Source of the DNA: Nibricoccus sp.
GTDB lineage: Bacteria; Verrucomicrobiota; Verrucomicrobiia; Opitutales; Opitutaceae
Reading direction: 5' to 3'
Length of the DNA: 64,000 nt
Assembly: GCA_047602425.1 (NCBI GenBank)
Contig: JASGHG010000001.1
Coordinates: forward strand, 1,088,001 to 1,152,000
Under the pieces are notes generated by a model. That model searched no databases. It was given only the letters and a program-made list of their open reading frames with translations, and had not been told where the DNA came from. Positions 1 through 9,075 of this stretch are shown here, piece after piece. Each line of letters opens with the position of its first letter. Positions within the stretch are counted from its first letter, which is position 1. A program made the translations under genes and the position numbers.

Positions 1-925
1 GCACGGCGCCCTGGCCGTACGAGAGTGAAAGCTTCAGGTCCTCAAGCCCCGTTTTGCCGTATTGGATCAAATAGGAAGCAACACGATCCGCAGAATTGGA
101 GAAAAGCGCGGCCGTATAAATCAGCGGCAGATTCTCGGTCGCGAGACGCGAAAGGTGCGCGTACTCCCCCACCGTTTTGGCATTGTTGGTCGTGCGAAGA
201 AGCTCGCATAACTGCACCCAATCGAGACGTTTGCCGAGGGAAAGCAGGTCGATATAAAACGTTTCCAACTCGCCCATTTCCTTCTGCGTCACGGAGGCCT
301 CAGCCATTCCGCGCAACTCGCGTTGAAGCGAGCCCGAGAGGTGATCGCCCTGATAGAGCAGCGCCGTGAGCAAAATCACGGCATCGAGCGCCTGGCCGCC
401 CGCGCGTTTTGCCGGTACAAACTGGGTCGTCTTTTCGATCTCGCGGGTTTGCAACACCGCCTGCACACCCAGCGAACGTGAGTTATTAAGGTACGTCAGC
501 AGGTTCTGGCGGGCTTTGGTCGTGATAAAGAAAGTGAGGACGGGCGTGCTCTCCTTGCGGCCCGTGTTTTCCTTCAGATTAAAAAGCGGATCGAGAAAAG
601 GATCCCAACCACCCCATGCCACCCATTCGGGACGTCGTGTAGCCACATCACGGATACCGCGATCGAGCGCGGAAGACTTTGGATCCTCCACCAAACGCGC
701 CGCCGCCAGCACCAATTCCGCAGGGCCAAGCTTTTCGGAATCAAGGATCTGTTTGCCAAACGTCGCCACCGAAGGCGACTCGAGGCCGGCTTGCTTGAGT
801 ACGGCGGGCGTCACCGACTTCAGATTCACCGGCACCATCCAGGCAACCAGCAACAAGACAATGCCGGCGCAGAGCCATGCCAGCGCCGCAGGCAGATTCT
901 TGCCGTTGCCTGATGAAGTTGTCAT
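1..925 (-). CDS. Hypothetical protein with N-terminal hydrophobic segment (partial, runs off the left edge)
   Basis: Read manually: ATG at 925-923, MTTSSGNGKNLPAALAWLCAGIVLLLVAWMVP..., open to position 1; absent from the ORF track because no stop lies in the window. Confidence 0.75.
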   Translation of the reverse strand, partial: MTTSSGNGKNLPAALAWLCAGIVLLLVAWMVPVNLKSVTPAVLKQAGLESPSVATFGKQILDSEKLGPAELVLAAARLVEDPKSSALDRGIRDVATRRPEWVAWGGWDPFLDPLFNLKENTGRKESTPVLTFFITTKARQNLLTYLNNSRSLGVQAVLQTREIEKTTQFVPAKRAGGQALDAVILLTALLYQGDHLSGSLQRELRGMAEASVTQKEMGELETFYIDLLSLGKRLDWVQLCELLRTTNNAKTVGEYAHLSRLATENLPLIYTAALFSNSADRVASYLIQYGKTGLEDLKLSLSYGQGAV

Positions 926-992
926 GCTAGTGATCTGGAATATTTATTTGCGAGCTGCCGATTGCAAACCCACGATTCACCAAAATCGACCC

Positions 993-1568
993 ATGTCGTT
1001 GCCAATTGTTCACTACAACTCGCCTGTCCTCCGTAAGAAAGGTGCAAAAATCACCGTATTCGACACCGCTTTGCGCAAGCTGGCGGACGACATGATTGCC
1101 AGCATGCACGAAGCGCGCGGCATCGGGCTTGCCGCTCAACAAATCGGCCAGGCGATCCAACTTTGCGTGGTCGATCTGCGCGAAGCCGAGGCCGATTTTA
1201 CGTGGGAACTCGACGGCGCCCATCCGCCCTTGGAGCTGTTCATGCCGATGGTGATCGTCAATCCCGAGCTCACGCTCCTCCCCTCGCCCAAAGAATCCTA
1301 CGAGGAAGGCTGCCTTTCGTTTCCCGACATTCGTGGCGATATCGACCGGCCCGACGCGATTTCGGTCAAATTTCAGGACGCCGACGGCACGCCGCATCAG
1401 ATGACGTGCAATGGACTCTTCGCGCGCTGCATCCAACACGAGGTCGACCATCTCAATGGTGTTCTCTTTATCGACCGCATGTCGAAAAAAGTCCGCAGCC
1501 CCCTCGAAAAAGCCATCAAGCAGCTCGCGCAGGAAACGAAGGAAGCGAGCAAGGCGGAAAACAAATAA
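993..1568 (+). CDS. def: Peptide deformylase
   Basis: Motifs GIGLAAQQIG, EGCLS, QHEVDHLNG; start taken as the ATG at 993 (MSLPIVHY). Confidence 0.95.
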   Translation: MSLPIVHYNSPVLRKKGAKITVFDTALRKLADDMIASMHEARGIGLAAQQIGQAIQLCVVDLREAEADFTWELDGAHPPLELFMPMVIVNPELTLLPSPKESYEEGCLSFPDIRGDIDRPDAISVKFQDADGTPHQMTCNGLFARCIQHEVDHLNGVLFIDRMSKKVRSPLEKAIKQLAQETKEASKAENK

Positions 1569-1636
1569 CGCGAGGCAACCACTGACGAGGTCCAAGGCCG
1601 CGTGCATTCACACGACCTTGAAAAACGCCGTTCAGT

Positions 1637-3178
1637 TTACAACAAATCAGCCGCGAGTTCGGCGAGCTTCGAGCGCTCGCCTTTCGTCAACGTGATGTGC
1701 GCCGCGATGGACTGGCCTTTCATGCGGTTGTGGCAGAAAACCAAACCGTTGCTACGCGAATCGACGTAGGGATTGTCGATTTGGGCTGGGTCGCCAATGA
1801 GCACGATCTTCGATCCCTCGGAAATGCGCGTGATCACCGTTTTTACCTCGTGAGGCGTCAACTGCTGCGCTTCATCGAGAATAAAAAAGCGGCGGGCAAT
1901 CGAGCGTCCGCGGATGAAGCAAAGCGCTTCGACTTCGACCAATCCGCTCTTGATCAGCCGCTCGTACGGCTTGATGACCGGACCGTTGTTGTGACTGTGG
2001 CCGTTGCCGCTCACGTGTGCAGGCTGCGGCGTATTCATCGCCATCACCATGTCGTCGTGCTTCTTCTTTTTCTTTTTGGAAACCTTCTTCGACGCAAACT
2101 GCGGCTCCTTTGGCGGTTTTGACGGGATAAGCACTTCAAGCGCGTCGAAATACGGCTGCAACCAAGGCTTCATTTTTTCGTCGAGCGTACCGGGCAGAAA
2201 ACCGATGTCCTTGCCAAGCGAAATCACCGGGCGCGAGATCGAAACGCCGTCGTATTTCGAATTTTCGTCCTGCGTCTGGTAAAGCGCGCAAGCGGTCGAA
2301 ATCAGGGTCTTGCCCGTGCCGGCTTTGCCGAAACACGTGATAAGACCAACCGAATCGTCGAGCAGCGCGTCCATGAAAAACTGCTGTTCAAGATTGCGGG
2401 CGCGAATGGGAATGCCGCCGGGCGCTTTGACGAATTCCGGAATCTTCAGGCGGCGCACGATGTTGTCGCCATAATAGCGCGCGGGCATCGTCTTGCCTTC
2501 GTGTGAACGCAGGAGGACGTACTCGTTGAGATGAAGTTTTTTCGCCTCGGCTTCCTCAAGTTCGAACTCGCCTTCGGAACAAAAGCGTTGGAGCTCGTAA
2601 ATGGTTACGGGGATTTCCGGGTAAGCGACTTCCTCAACCAATTCCGGAACCTTGTCATTGAGGTAATCTTCCGATTCCAGTCCGACCGCGCGCGCCTTGA
2701 GCTGCACATTGACGTCTTTCGTCACCAGAATCGTCGGTGGCGGAAAACGTTCCTGCACGAAGAGCGCACAGGCGATGATGCGGTTGTCCTTTTTACCGAG
2801 GTCCGGCAGCACCGCGCGAAAACGCTGCATGGCCGGGCTAGTGAAATTCTGGTCCACGAGGTAGCGGTTGATCACGACGGACAGCGTGCCGCCGTTTTCG
2901 AGCTGTACACCTTCGAGCATGGTGCGCGAATCGGGAAGCAGTTCCTGCAGGATGCGGTGCACGCGGCGTGCGTTGCGCCCCCGCTCGGTCGACTGCTCGG
3001 TTTTAATGGCGTCCAGCTCCTCCAAAACCTCGACGGGAATTACGAGGTTATTGTCCTGAAACTTGTAGATCGACTGTGGATCGTGAAGCAGGACGTTGGT
3101 GTCCAGGACAAAGGTTTTAACCTTTGCTGAGACCTTGAGCTGCGGTTGAGGTTCGCTGACCTTGCTCAGGTGTTCCAT
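1637..3178 (-). CDS. PIN domain-PhoH ATPase fusion (PhoH2/YlaK-like)
   Basis: PIN motif FVLDTNVLL...ELD...DNRI...TKD; Walker A GKAGTGKT; RGRS, DEAQQ, GDPAQID. Confidence 0.92.
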   Translation of the reverse strand: MEHLSKVSEPQPQLKVSAKVKTFVLDTNVLLHDPQSIYKFQDNNLVIPVEVLEELDAIKTEQSTERGRNARRVHRILQELLPDSRTMLEGVQLENGGTLSVVINRYLVDQNFTSPAMQRFRAVLPDLGKKDNRIIACALFVQERFPPPTILVTKDVNVQLKARAVGLESEDYLNDKVPELVEEVAYPEIPVTIYELQRFCSEGEFELEEAEAKKLHLNEYVLLRSHEGKTMPARYYGDNIVRRLKIPEFVKAPGGIPIRARNLEQQFFMDALLDDSVGLITCFGKAGTGKTLISTACALYQTQDENSKYDGVSISRPVISLGKDIGFLPGTLDEKMKPWLQPYFDALEVLIPSKPPKEPQFASKKVSKKKKKKHDDMVMAMNTPQPAHVSGNGHSHNNGPVIKPYERLIKSGLVEVEALCFIRGRSIARRFFILDEAQQLTPHEVKTVITRISEGSKIVLIGDPAQIDNPYVDSRSNGLVFCHNRMKGQSIAAHITLTKGERSKLAELAADLL

Positions 3179-3198
3179 TGTGGATAACTTGTGGATAA
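3179..3198. promoter_or_regulatory. Two tandem perfect DnaA boxes
   Basis: TGTGGATAA at 3179-3187 and 3190-3198 (reverse complement of TTATCCACA). Confidence 0.6.
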
Positions 3199-3321
3199 CC
3201 GTGCATGTGGTTTGCAGTTTGTCGAGCACGTCCGCGAGAAACTGAAAAAATAAATTTTCTGTGAGAGAATTTTCCCGCGCGCGGAGCTGTGTATCGGAAT
3301 TTCCCCGACGGCCCTCTTCGG

Positions 3322-3363
3322 AAAAAAAAGTGGGCGGATCGCCTACCCCTAAGCGATCCGCCC
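3322..3363 (-). terminator. Intrinsic terminator
   Basis: 11-bp stem GGGCGGATCGC/GCGATCCGCCC followed by T8 on the minus strand. Confidence 0.75.
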
Positions 3364-3503
3364 TTAACTTTCTTTGTTACCCCAATAATACTCCGCTAAG
3401 CGGAGGCTATTGTACGAACATAGAGTAGGACGCAGCAGCCTCGAAAATGTTTCAAAAATCTTCGGCCTAATTTCCGCCAAACAATTCTTCCAGTCCGATA
3501 ACG

Positions 3504-3540
3504 AAAACGCGCCCGCCGGAATTCCTCCGGCACGGGCGCG
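3504..3540 (-). terminator. Intrinsic terminator after the receiver-domain genes
   Basis: Stem CGCGCCCG...CGGGCGCG with T4 on the minus strand, ~20 bp past the stop at 3563. Confidence 0.6.
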
Positions 3541-3562
3541 CGAAATGTGAAGCGAACAACCG

Positions 3563-3946
3563 TTATTTCTTAAGCAAAGCCGTTACCCGGGCAAACAAGT
3601 CACGAATGCTAAAGGGCTTGGCGAGGAAATCGACGTTATCGCTCTCGAAGACCCCATGGACCACGACGTCATCTGCGTAACCCGACATGACGAGCACGCG
3701 GATATTGGGACGTTTTTTCAAAATTTTTCCGGCAAGCTCCATGCCGTCGACGTCGGGCATGACCAGATCGATGATGACGAGGTCGATGTTTTCGCCTTTT
3801 TTCGATTCGAGAATCGGCATCGCCTCGGCGCCTTTGCTCGTGACGGTCACTTGGTAGCCGCGGCTGGTGAGCGCCTCTTCCACCAGCGTCAACGCTTGTT
3901 CGTTGTCATCGACCACTAAAATGGAGTGCTGCTCTTTGGCTTTCAC
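3563..3946 (-). CDS. Single-domain response regulator (CheY-like receiver)
   Basis: ILVVDD, DLVMPDVDG, MSGY, KPF. Confidence 0.9.
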   Translation of the reverse strand: MKAKEQHSILVVDDNEQALTLVEEALTSRGYQVTVTSKGAEAMPILESKKGENIDLVIIDLVMPDVDGMELAGKILKKRPNIRVLVMSGYADDVVVHGVFESDNVDFLAKPFSIRDLFARVTALLKK

Positions 3947-4419
3947 GTTTTTTGGATGTAGGTACTAGTTGGGTGGAGGCTCTGAAAAACTTGGAAACGG
4001 GCAAGTGCTTGTCTGATTCCGCGGATGATATCGACAGGATCTTGCGTTTTTTCAACAAAACTACACGGCTCCAGCCACTTTACGTCCTCCAAGAAAGCGG
4101 GATTGGGCAAACTGGAGATAAAAAGTACGGGAACGCTCTTCGAAAACCGGCGGACCGAACCAGCCAGCTTCAGCCCGTCCTGCTCCTGCATCCGCATATC
4201 CATAACCACCAGGTCGGGTGACGTGCGAATAATGCCATCAAGGGCGCTGGCCTCGTCGTGGCCAACCCCGCAAACCGCCAGATCGGCCTGAATGTTAATG
4301 AGCGACGTCAGGGCAAACGAAAAAAACCGGTGGTCGTCCACAATGAACACACGCGAAAGCCACGGCTGACTTGTGCCGGCGAGGGACTTGGGTTCAGTGG
4401 GTTTGCCTCTCTCGTCCAT
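3943..4419 (-). CDS. Receiver-domain protein (NarL-type receiver, no HTH)
   Basis: VFIVDDH, DMRMQEQDG, FVEK; start uncertain (4419 or 4509). Confidence 0.8.
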   Translation of the reverse strand: MDERGKPTEPKSLAGTSQPWLSRVFIVDDHRFFSFALTSLINIQADLAVCGVGHDEASALDGIIRTSPDLVVMDMRMQEQDGLKLAGSVRRFSKSVPVLFISSLPNPAFLEDVKWLEPCSFVEKTQDPVDIIRGIRQALARFQVFQSLHPTSTYIQKT

Positions 4420-4684
4420 GGGGATGCTGACAGGGTTTTCAGTAGTTGGTTTTATCAAATCCGAAAAATACACGTAACGTTTTTGATAAAAGTCGGAATT
4501 GGTTGTCACAAGCCATGTGCGATATGATGTTGCTGTCCCTCAAAATTGGTCACCTCATCACCCAGTCAAGGATGGACCCCCTTGCGCTTGTTCTTTAATG
4601 GAAACCACTACGGATGCCCAAGCGATTCCCCTTAGTTTCCTCGAAAAACCAGCAAATTTAGAGTTAAAACTGCCCGCATAAAAC

Positions 4685-5800
4685 ATGAGTCTCGCTTCGA
4701 ACATCCGTCCACAAAAGTCCAAAAAAAATATCGCACGGACGGGCGTGGCCAAGGTTCGAACTTCCATGAGTCACCTGCTGCGTTCGCAAACGCCCTCGGG
4801 CAAAACGGCACCCAACTGGGCGCAAGAGGCAATTTTCAATCATGCCGGCGTCATCGTCTGGGAAGGAATGACCGAACCTCTCAGCGCCACTAAACTATTT
4901 CCCTCGGACAGCCCCCTCCTGAACCGGCTTCAAATAGTTCGAAAAGCGGGTGTAGTGCAATGGATGGAATCGATTCATCCGCTGGACAAAGACCGCGTCA
5001 GCCGTGCCTTCCGCTCGTTGGCCGCTGCGCCGTTCAGCATCGATTACCGGATGGTTTCGTCCGACGACGAATTCGTCTGGGTGCGTCACTCGATCGTCAG
5101 CGTCGAACAGAACATCGCTCCCCTTTTCGCCCAAGGTTTTGTGCGCGACATCCAGACCGAGAAAGAGCTGGAGTTGGAAAGCCTCCGCATCAGCGAACGC
5201 GAGCAAAACCGCATCGGTCAGGATCTGCACGATGACCTTTGCCAAGTGCTTGCCGGCGTGAGTTGCCTGATGCGCGTCGCCGAAGGCCGGCTCTCTGCCA
5301 AAGTGCCCGAGGAGGTTCCGGCTATCGCCGAACTCAATCAGCAGATCATCGAAGCGATGCATCGCACACGCGCCCTGACCCATGGTCTTTTCCCGGGCAA
5401 AGTTCAAATTTCCGATGTTCGCGGTGCCTTGCTGGAGCTTATTCAGCAAGTCCAAGCGCGGTTTCAAGTGGATGTGAAGCCGCAATTTTCCGGACGCTTT
5501 CCCCGCCACACGACGGACCAGATCATCCAAATTTATCGCCTGACTCAGGAAGCTATCAGCAACGCTATCAAGCATGGGCACGCAACTTGCATAGAAGTGC
5601 GTCTTGAAGCCCAAGATGCAAACATGTCTCTTTCCATCACCGACAACGGATCAGGCTTGAGTCAAAATGAACCTGGTGGAAATGGTGTTGGTCACCACAT
5701 CATGCAATATCGGACCCGCACCCTCGGAGGCGAACTTAGCATTCGCAACGCCCCGGACCGCGGAGTCGTTGTGCGTCTCACCTATCCCTTCCTGCATTGA
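4685..5800 (+). CDS. Cytoplasmic PAS sensor histidine kinase (HisKA_3 type)
   Basis: PAS/PAC-like IHPLDK..DYR..WV; H-box IGQDLHDDL; N-box EAISNAIKH; DNGSG; no transmembrane segment seen. Confidence 0.9.
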   Translation: MSLASNIRPQKSKKNIARTGVAKVRTSMSHLLRSQTPSGKTAPNWAQEAIFNHAGVIVWEGMTEPLSATKLFPSDSPLLNRLQIVRKAGVVQWMESIHPLDKDRVSRAFRSLAAAPFSIDYRMVSSDDEFVWVRHSIVSVEQNIAPLFAQGFVRDIQTEKELELESLRISEREQNRIGQDLHDDLCQVLAGVSCLMRVAEGRLSAKVPEEVPAIAELNQQIIEAMHRTRALTHGLFPGKVQISDVRGALLELIQQVQARFQVDVKPQFSGRFPRHTTDQIIQIYRLTQEAISNAIKHGHATCIEVRLEAQDANMSLSITDNGSGLSQNEPGGNGVGHHIMQYRTRTLGGELSIRNAPDRGVVVRLTYPFLH

Positions 5801-5809
5801 TTTTGCCTC

Positions 5810-6472
5810 ATGGTCCCAAAAACAACCATTTTCATCGTCGATGATCACCCGCTGCTCCGCCGTGGACTTGCCGAATTGATCAACCGCGAACCGGATATGG
5901 TATTTTGCGGCGAGGCCGAAGACTCACCTTCGGCCATGAAACAAATTATCCAAGTCAAACCTGACCTGGTGATTGTCGATATTTCCCTCAAAGGCTACAA
6001 CGGCATCGAGCTGATCAAAAACATCAAAGCCTTCGATCAAAAGATCCAGGTTCTCGTCCTCTCCATGCATGACGAGTCGATCTATGCCATGCGCGTCCTC
6101 AAAGCCGGCGCCAAGGCCTACGTGATGAAGCAGGAAGTGACCGAAAAAGTCATGGACGCTGTCCGCCGCATTCGTGCAGGCAAAGTATTTGTTAGCGAAC
6201 GTGTTGCCAGCCGGATGCTCGATCAAGTGGTCGTCGGCGGCGATCCGACGTCCGATTCGCCCGTCGACATCTTGAGCGACCGCGAACTGGAAATCGTTAA
6301 TATGATCGGCAACGGCCTGCCCACCCGCGAAATCGCCGGCAAGCTTCACATTAGCATCAAGACCGTGGAGTCCCACCGCGCCCGCATCAAAGAAAAGCTC
6401 AACTTGGAAAACGCCATTCAGCTTGTGCAGTTTTGCGTGCGGTGGGTTGAAGAAGGCTCAAAAAATACCTGA
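5810..6472 (+). CDS. NarL/LuxR-family response regulator
   Basis: Receiver domain plus LuxR HTH (LSDRELEI...IAGKLHISIKTVESHR). Confidence 0.95.
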   Translation: MVPKTTIFIVDDHPLLRRGLAELINREPDMVFCGEAEDSPSAMKQIIQVKPDLVIVDISLKGYNGIELIKNIKAFDQKIQVLVLSMHDESIYAMRVLKAGAKAYVMKQEVTEKVMDAVRRIRAGKVFVSERVASRMLDQVVVGGDPTSDSPVDILSDRELEIVNMIGNGLPTREIAGKLHISIKTVESHRARIKEKLNLENAIQLVQFCVRWVEEGSKNT

Positions 6473-6550
6473 CCGCGAAAATTTCGCCACGGTTGCTCCC
6501 TGAAGCGTTAACCGCGCCGTGGGCAACCGGCTCTCAGAGCCAGTAAATTC

Positions 6551-6862
6551 TCAGAAAGGCGGTGGTTCGGCAGGGCGTTTTTTGGGCCGGGGCGCGACCC
6601 ATAACCGCAGAAAATGCTCCGACAGGTTGCGCATGCTGATGCGGCGCAAGCCCTCGCGCTCCACCATGCTCTTCAAGGCCGGCACCACACCTGCCCGCTC
6701 CACGTAATAACGCCAAAGTTCTGCCTCGATCGCCGAGGCGGCCTGCGACAAATCGACAAACTTCGACGCAAAGTCGCGAACTTTATACTCCCAGAAGTGT
6801 CTCTCGTCGCGATTTGTCTCAATGTAATCGAAAATCTGTTGCTCGCTGCGGTTAAGGCTCAC
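6551..6862 (-). CDS. Hypothetical protein (~103 aa)
   Basis: GTG start, SLNRSEQQIFDY...; globular-looking composition. Confidence 0.65.
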   Translation of the reverse strand: MSLNRSEQQIFDYIETNRDERHFWEYKVRDFASKFVDLSQAASAIEAELWRYYVERAGVVPALKSMVEREGLRRISMRNLSEHFLRLWVAPRPKKRPAEPPPF

Positions 6863-6923
6863 GCCTCCAAATTGCGACGCCGATCCATTCCAACACAACT
6901 GCAAACACACACCCACGTTCACC

Positions 6924-7796
6924 ATGGCATTGCAATTCGCGCCAAAACCAGTACTCCCTCCCCAATCCCCCCAAACCCATACACCCATGTGGCATAAGCT
7001 CAAGGAACAGATCCCAGGAATCGCTCTCACCGTAGTTGTGCTTCTGATCGCAGGCACCCTTTTCTTCGTAAAGGTGTCGCGGGAAAACGCACGGCAGCAG
7101 GCCGCGATGGAGGCGCTCAGCAAACAGAATGACGATCTGCGCACCGCATCTGAAGAGAACCGCCGTCAGACCGAGGCCCTCAATGCCATGCTCAAGGACG
7201 CCATTGCCAAACGCGCCGCTGATGCACTCATGACCGACGACGAATATGCCAAGGTCAATGCCGAGAAAATCGACCGGCTTGCCGACGCGATCGCGACGAA
7301 AATCCAGCCTTTCAATCCGCTCCCCAAAACCCCCGAGGAAGCCGAACGCCTCCAAAACGAACAGGTTGACAAGGTGTCTTCCCGTATGACGGAGAAGATT
7401 CAGCCCATCCTCGCCGAAATGGCCAACGATCAGCATCTCACGCGCGACTCCATTAACGCTTACAGCCAACGCATCTCCGACCAGATCGGCGTGGTGCTCA
7501 CGGCCGAACTCGCGAAAAACCAGCAGCTAAACAATAACCTGCTCGCCTCGCAGGCCGTGGCCCAGGATTCGATCAAGCTGACCCACGAAGTCACCGCCCT
7601 CTATCTTAGCTCAATGAAGGATCAAGGCGTGATCACCCGCCTCCTCACGCTGCCTGCCAATGTCGTCAAAGACGTCGCCACCCTCAGCTTCGTGAGCAGC
7701 AAGGACCGTCGCAATATGGAAGCCCGTCTCGTCGGCGAAATGAACACCCTCGAGACCCGCCTCGCCGAAATCCAGAGCAAGATGCCCAAAAAGTAA
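6924..7796 (+). CDS. Membrane-anchored coiled-coil protein
   Basis: One N-terminal hydrophobic helix then a long helical region; terminator follows. Confidence 0.8.
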   Translation: MALQFAPKPVLPPQSPQTHTPMWHKLKEQIPGIALTVVVLLIAGTLFFVKVSRENARQQAAMEALSKQNDDLRTASEENRRQTEALNAMLKDAIAKRAADALMTDDEYAKVNAEKIDRLADAIATKIQPFNPLPKTPEEAERLQNEQVDKVSSRMTEKIQPILAEMANDQHLTRDSINAYSQRISDQIGVVLTAELAKNQQLNNNLLASQAVAQDSIKLTHEVTALYLSSMKDQGVITRLLTLPANVVKDVATLSFVSSKDRRNMEARLVGEMNTLETRLAEIQSKMPKK

Positions 7797-7822
7797 ACCA
7801 GCCAAAACCACTTATCATCGTC

Positions 7823-7851
7823 AAAAGCCACGCTTTCACGCGTGGCTTTTT
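7823..7851 (+). terminator. Intrinsic terminator (possibly bidirectional)
   Basis: AAAAGCCACGC-TTTCAC-GCGTGGCTTTT. Confidence 0.8.
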
Positions 7852-7958
7852 CGTGCTCCGACTCAAATACCCAACTCATACCAACCATGCAGTCTGTTAC
7901 GTATTATCTGATAAATAACATCCCATACTAACCATCTTATCGCGACGGTAAAACCTCT

Positions 7959-7985
7959 AACTTGTCACGTATTACGTGACAAGTT
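7959..7985. repeat. 27-bp perfect palindrome
   Basis: AACTTGTCACGTA-T-TACGTGACAAGTT. Confidence 0.85.
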
Positions 7986-8051
7986 GCACGGTTCTGGCTC
8001 ACCAGGATTTCTTAAAAAACGTTTGTCCGTGCAAAGAGGTAGCCGCGCGTG

Positions 8052-8849
8052 CTAGGGCTTTCGCGTTTCAGCCACCAAGCGGACGGCTTCGCCTGCGGCC
8101 GCCAGGCCGAATGCGCCCGTGACGAAAACCGCCGTGCCAAAGCCACTCTCGCAGTCGAGTTTCAAATTGGTTCCCGGCTCCGGTTCGGTTGAACACGTGC
8201 CATCCGCCCAGGGGTAGAGCGGCTTTTCCGCCGAATACACGCAACGCACGCCGTAAAGCTGGCCTTCGCCTTTGGCCCAGCCGTGATCGCGACGAAGCTT
8301 CCGCCGAACCATTCGCAAGAGATCATCGCCCGTCGATTCGCCCAGATCGCAGGCACGAATTTTCGTCGCATCGCCTTTTCCGCCCGCTCCACCCACCGTC
8401 ACGCAAGGCAGCGCCCGCCGCACGCAAGCGTCGATCAGCAGAGCCTTGTTGGTCATTCCGTCGATCGCGTCCACCACGCAATCGAAACGCGGTGCCAACA
8501 ACCGCTCTGCATTCGCCGCCGTAAAAAACTCCGCCACCGCTTCCACGCGGCACGCCGGGTTGATCGAGCGCACACGTTCCGCCATGACGGTGACCTTGGG
8601 ACGTCCAATCTGCCCATCGATCGCTGGCAGCTGGCGGTTCACGTTCGTAATGCATACATCGTCGAGGTCGATCAGCGTGATTGCCCCGATGCCACTGCGG
8701 GCCAGCCCTTCAACGACCCACGAGCCAACCCCTCCGATCCCCACGACCGCGATATGCGCCCGGCGGACTCGTTCGAGCCCCGCGCGGCCCAGTAGGCGGC
8801 CTACGCCACCAAAGCGATCATTGTAGTCGGAGGAGATTGTGTCGGACAT
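8052..8849 (-). CDS. tcdA: tRNA threonylcarbamoyladenosine dehydratase (ThiF/MoeB family)
   Basis: GIGGVGSW, DLDDVCITNVNRQ, CVYSAE, LDCESGFG..VTGAFG. Confidence 0.88.
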   Translation of the reverse strand: MSDTISSDYNDRFGGVGRLLGRAGLERVRRAHIAVVGIGGVGSWVVEGLARSGIGAITLIDLDDVCITNVNRQLPAIDGQIGRPKVTVMAERVRSINPACRVEAVAEFFTAANAERLLAPRFDCVVDAIDGMTNKALLIDACVRRALPCVTVGGAGGKGDATKIRACDLGESTGDDLLRMVRRKLRRDHGWAKGEGQLYGVRCVYSAEKPLYPWADGTCSTEPEPGTNLKLDCESGFGTAVFVTGAFGLAAAGEAVRLVAETRKP

Positions 8850-9075
8850 GTGCGGCCCAAAGCGAAAACTTCCTACCCCGCCCAGGCAAACAATCTCCTC
8901 GTCCGAACACGCGACCACCGGACTGTCATTAAAATAAAATATCGCCACCCTTCCGGCCCCGCTCCTTAACTCGACGCCTACCCCTTTTCGAATCCTGCCC
9001 CGGGAGTCGGTTAACCCCTTTGCACGTTTCATTCCGAAACGTTCAATATACACAAAAATAAACGCTAGTGATCCT

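Noticed and set aside
366..992. Long N-terminal extension of def in the ORF track
   Set aside because: It overlaps a convincing minus-strand gene (1-925); deformylase similarity starts at the ATG at 993
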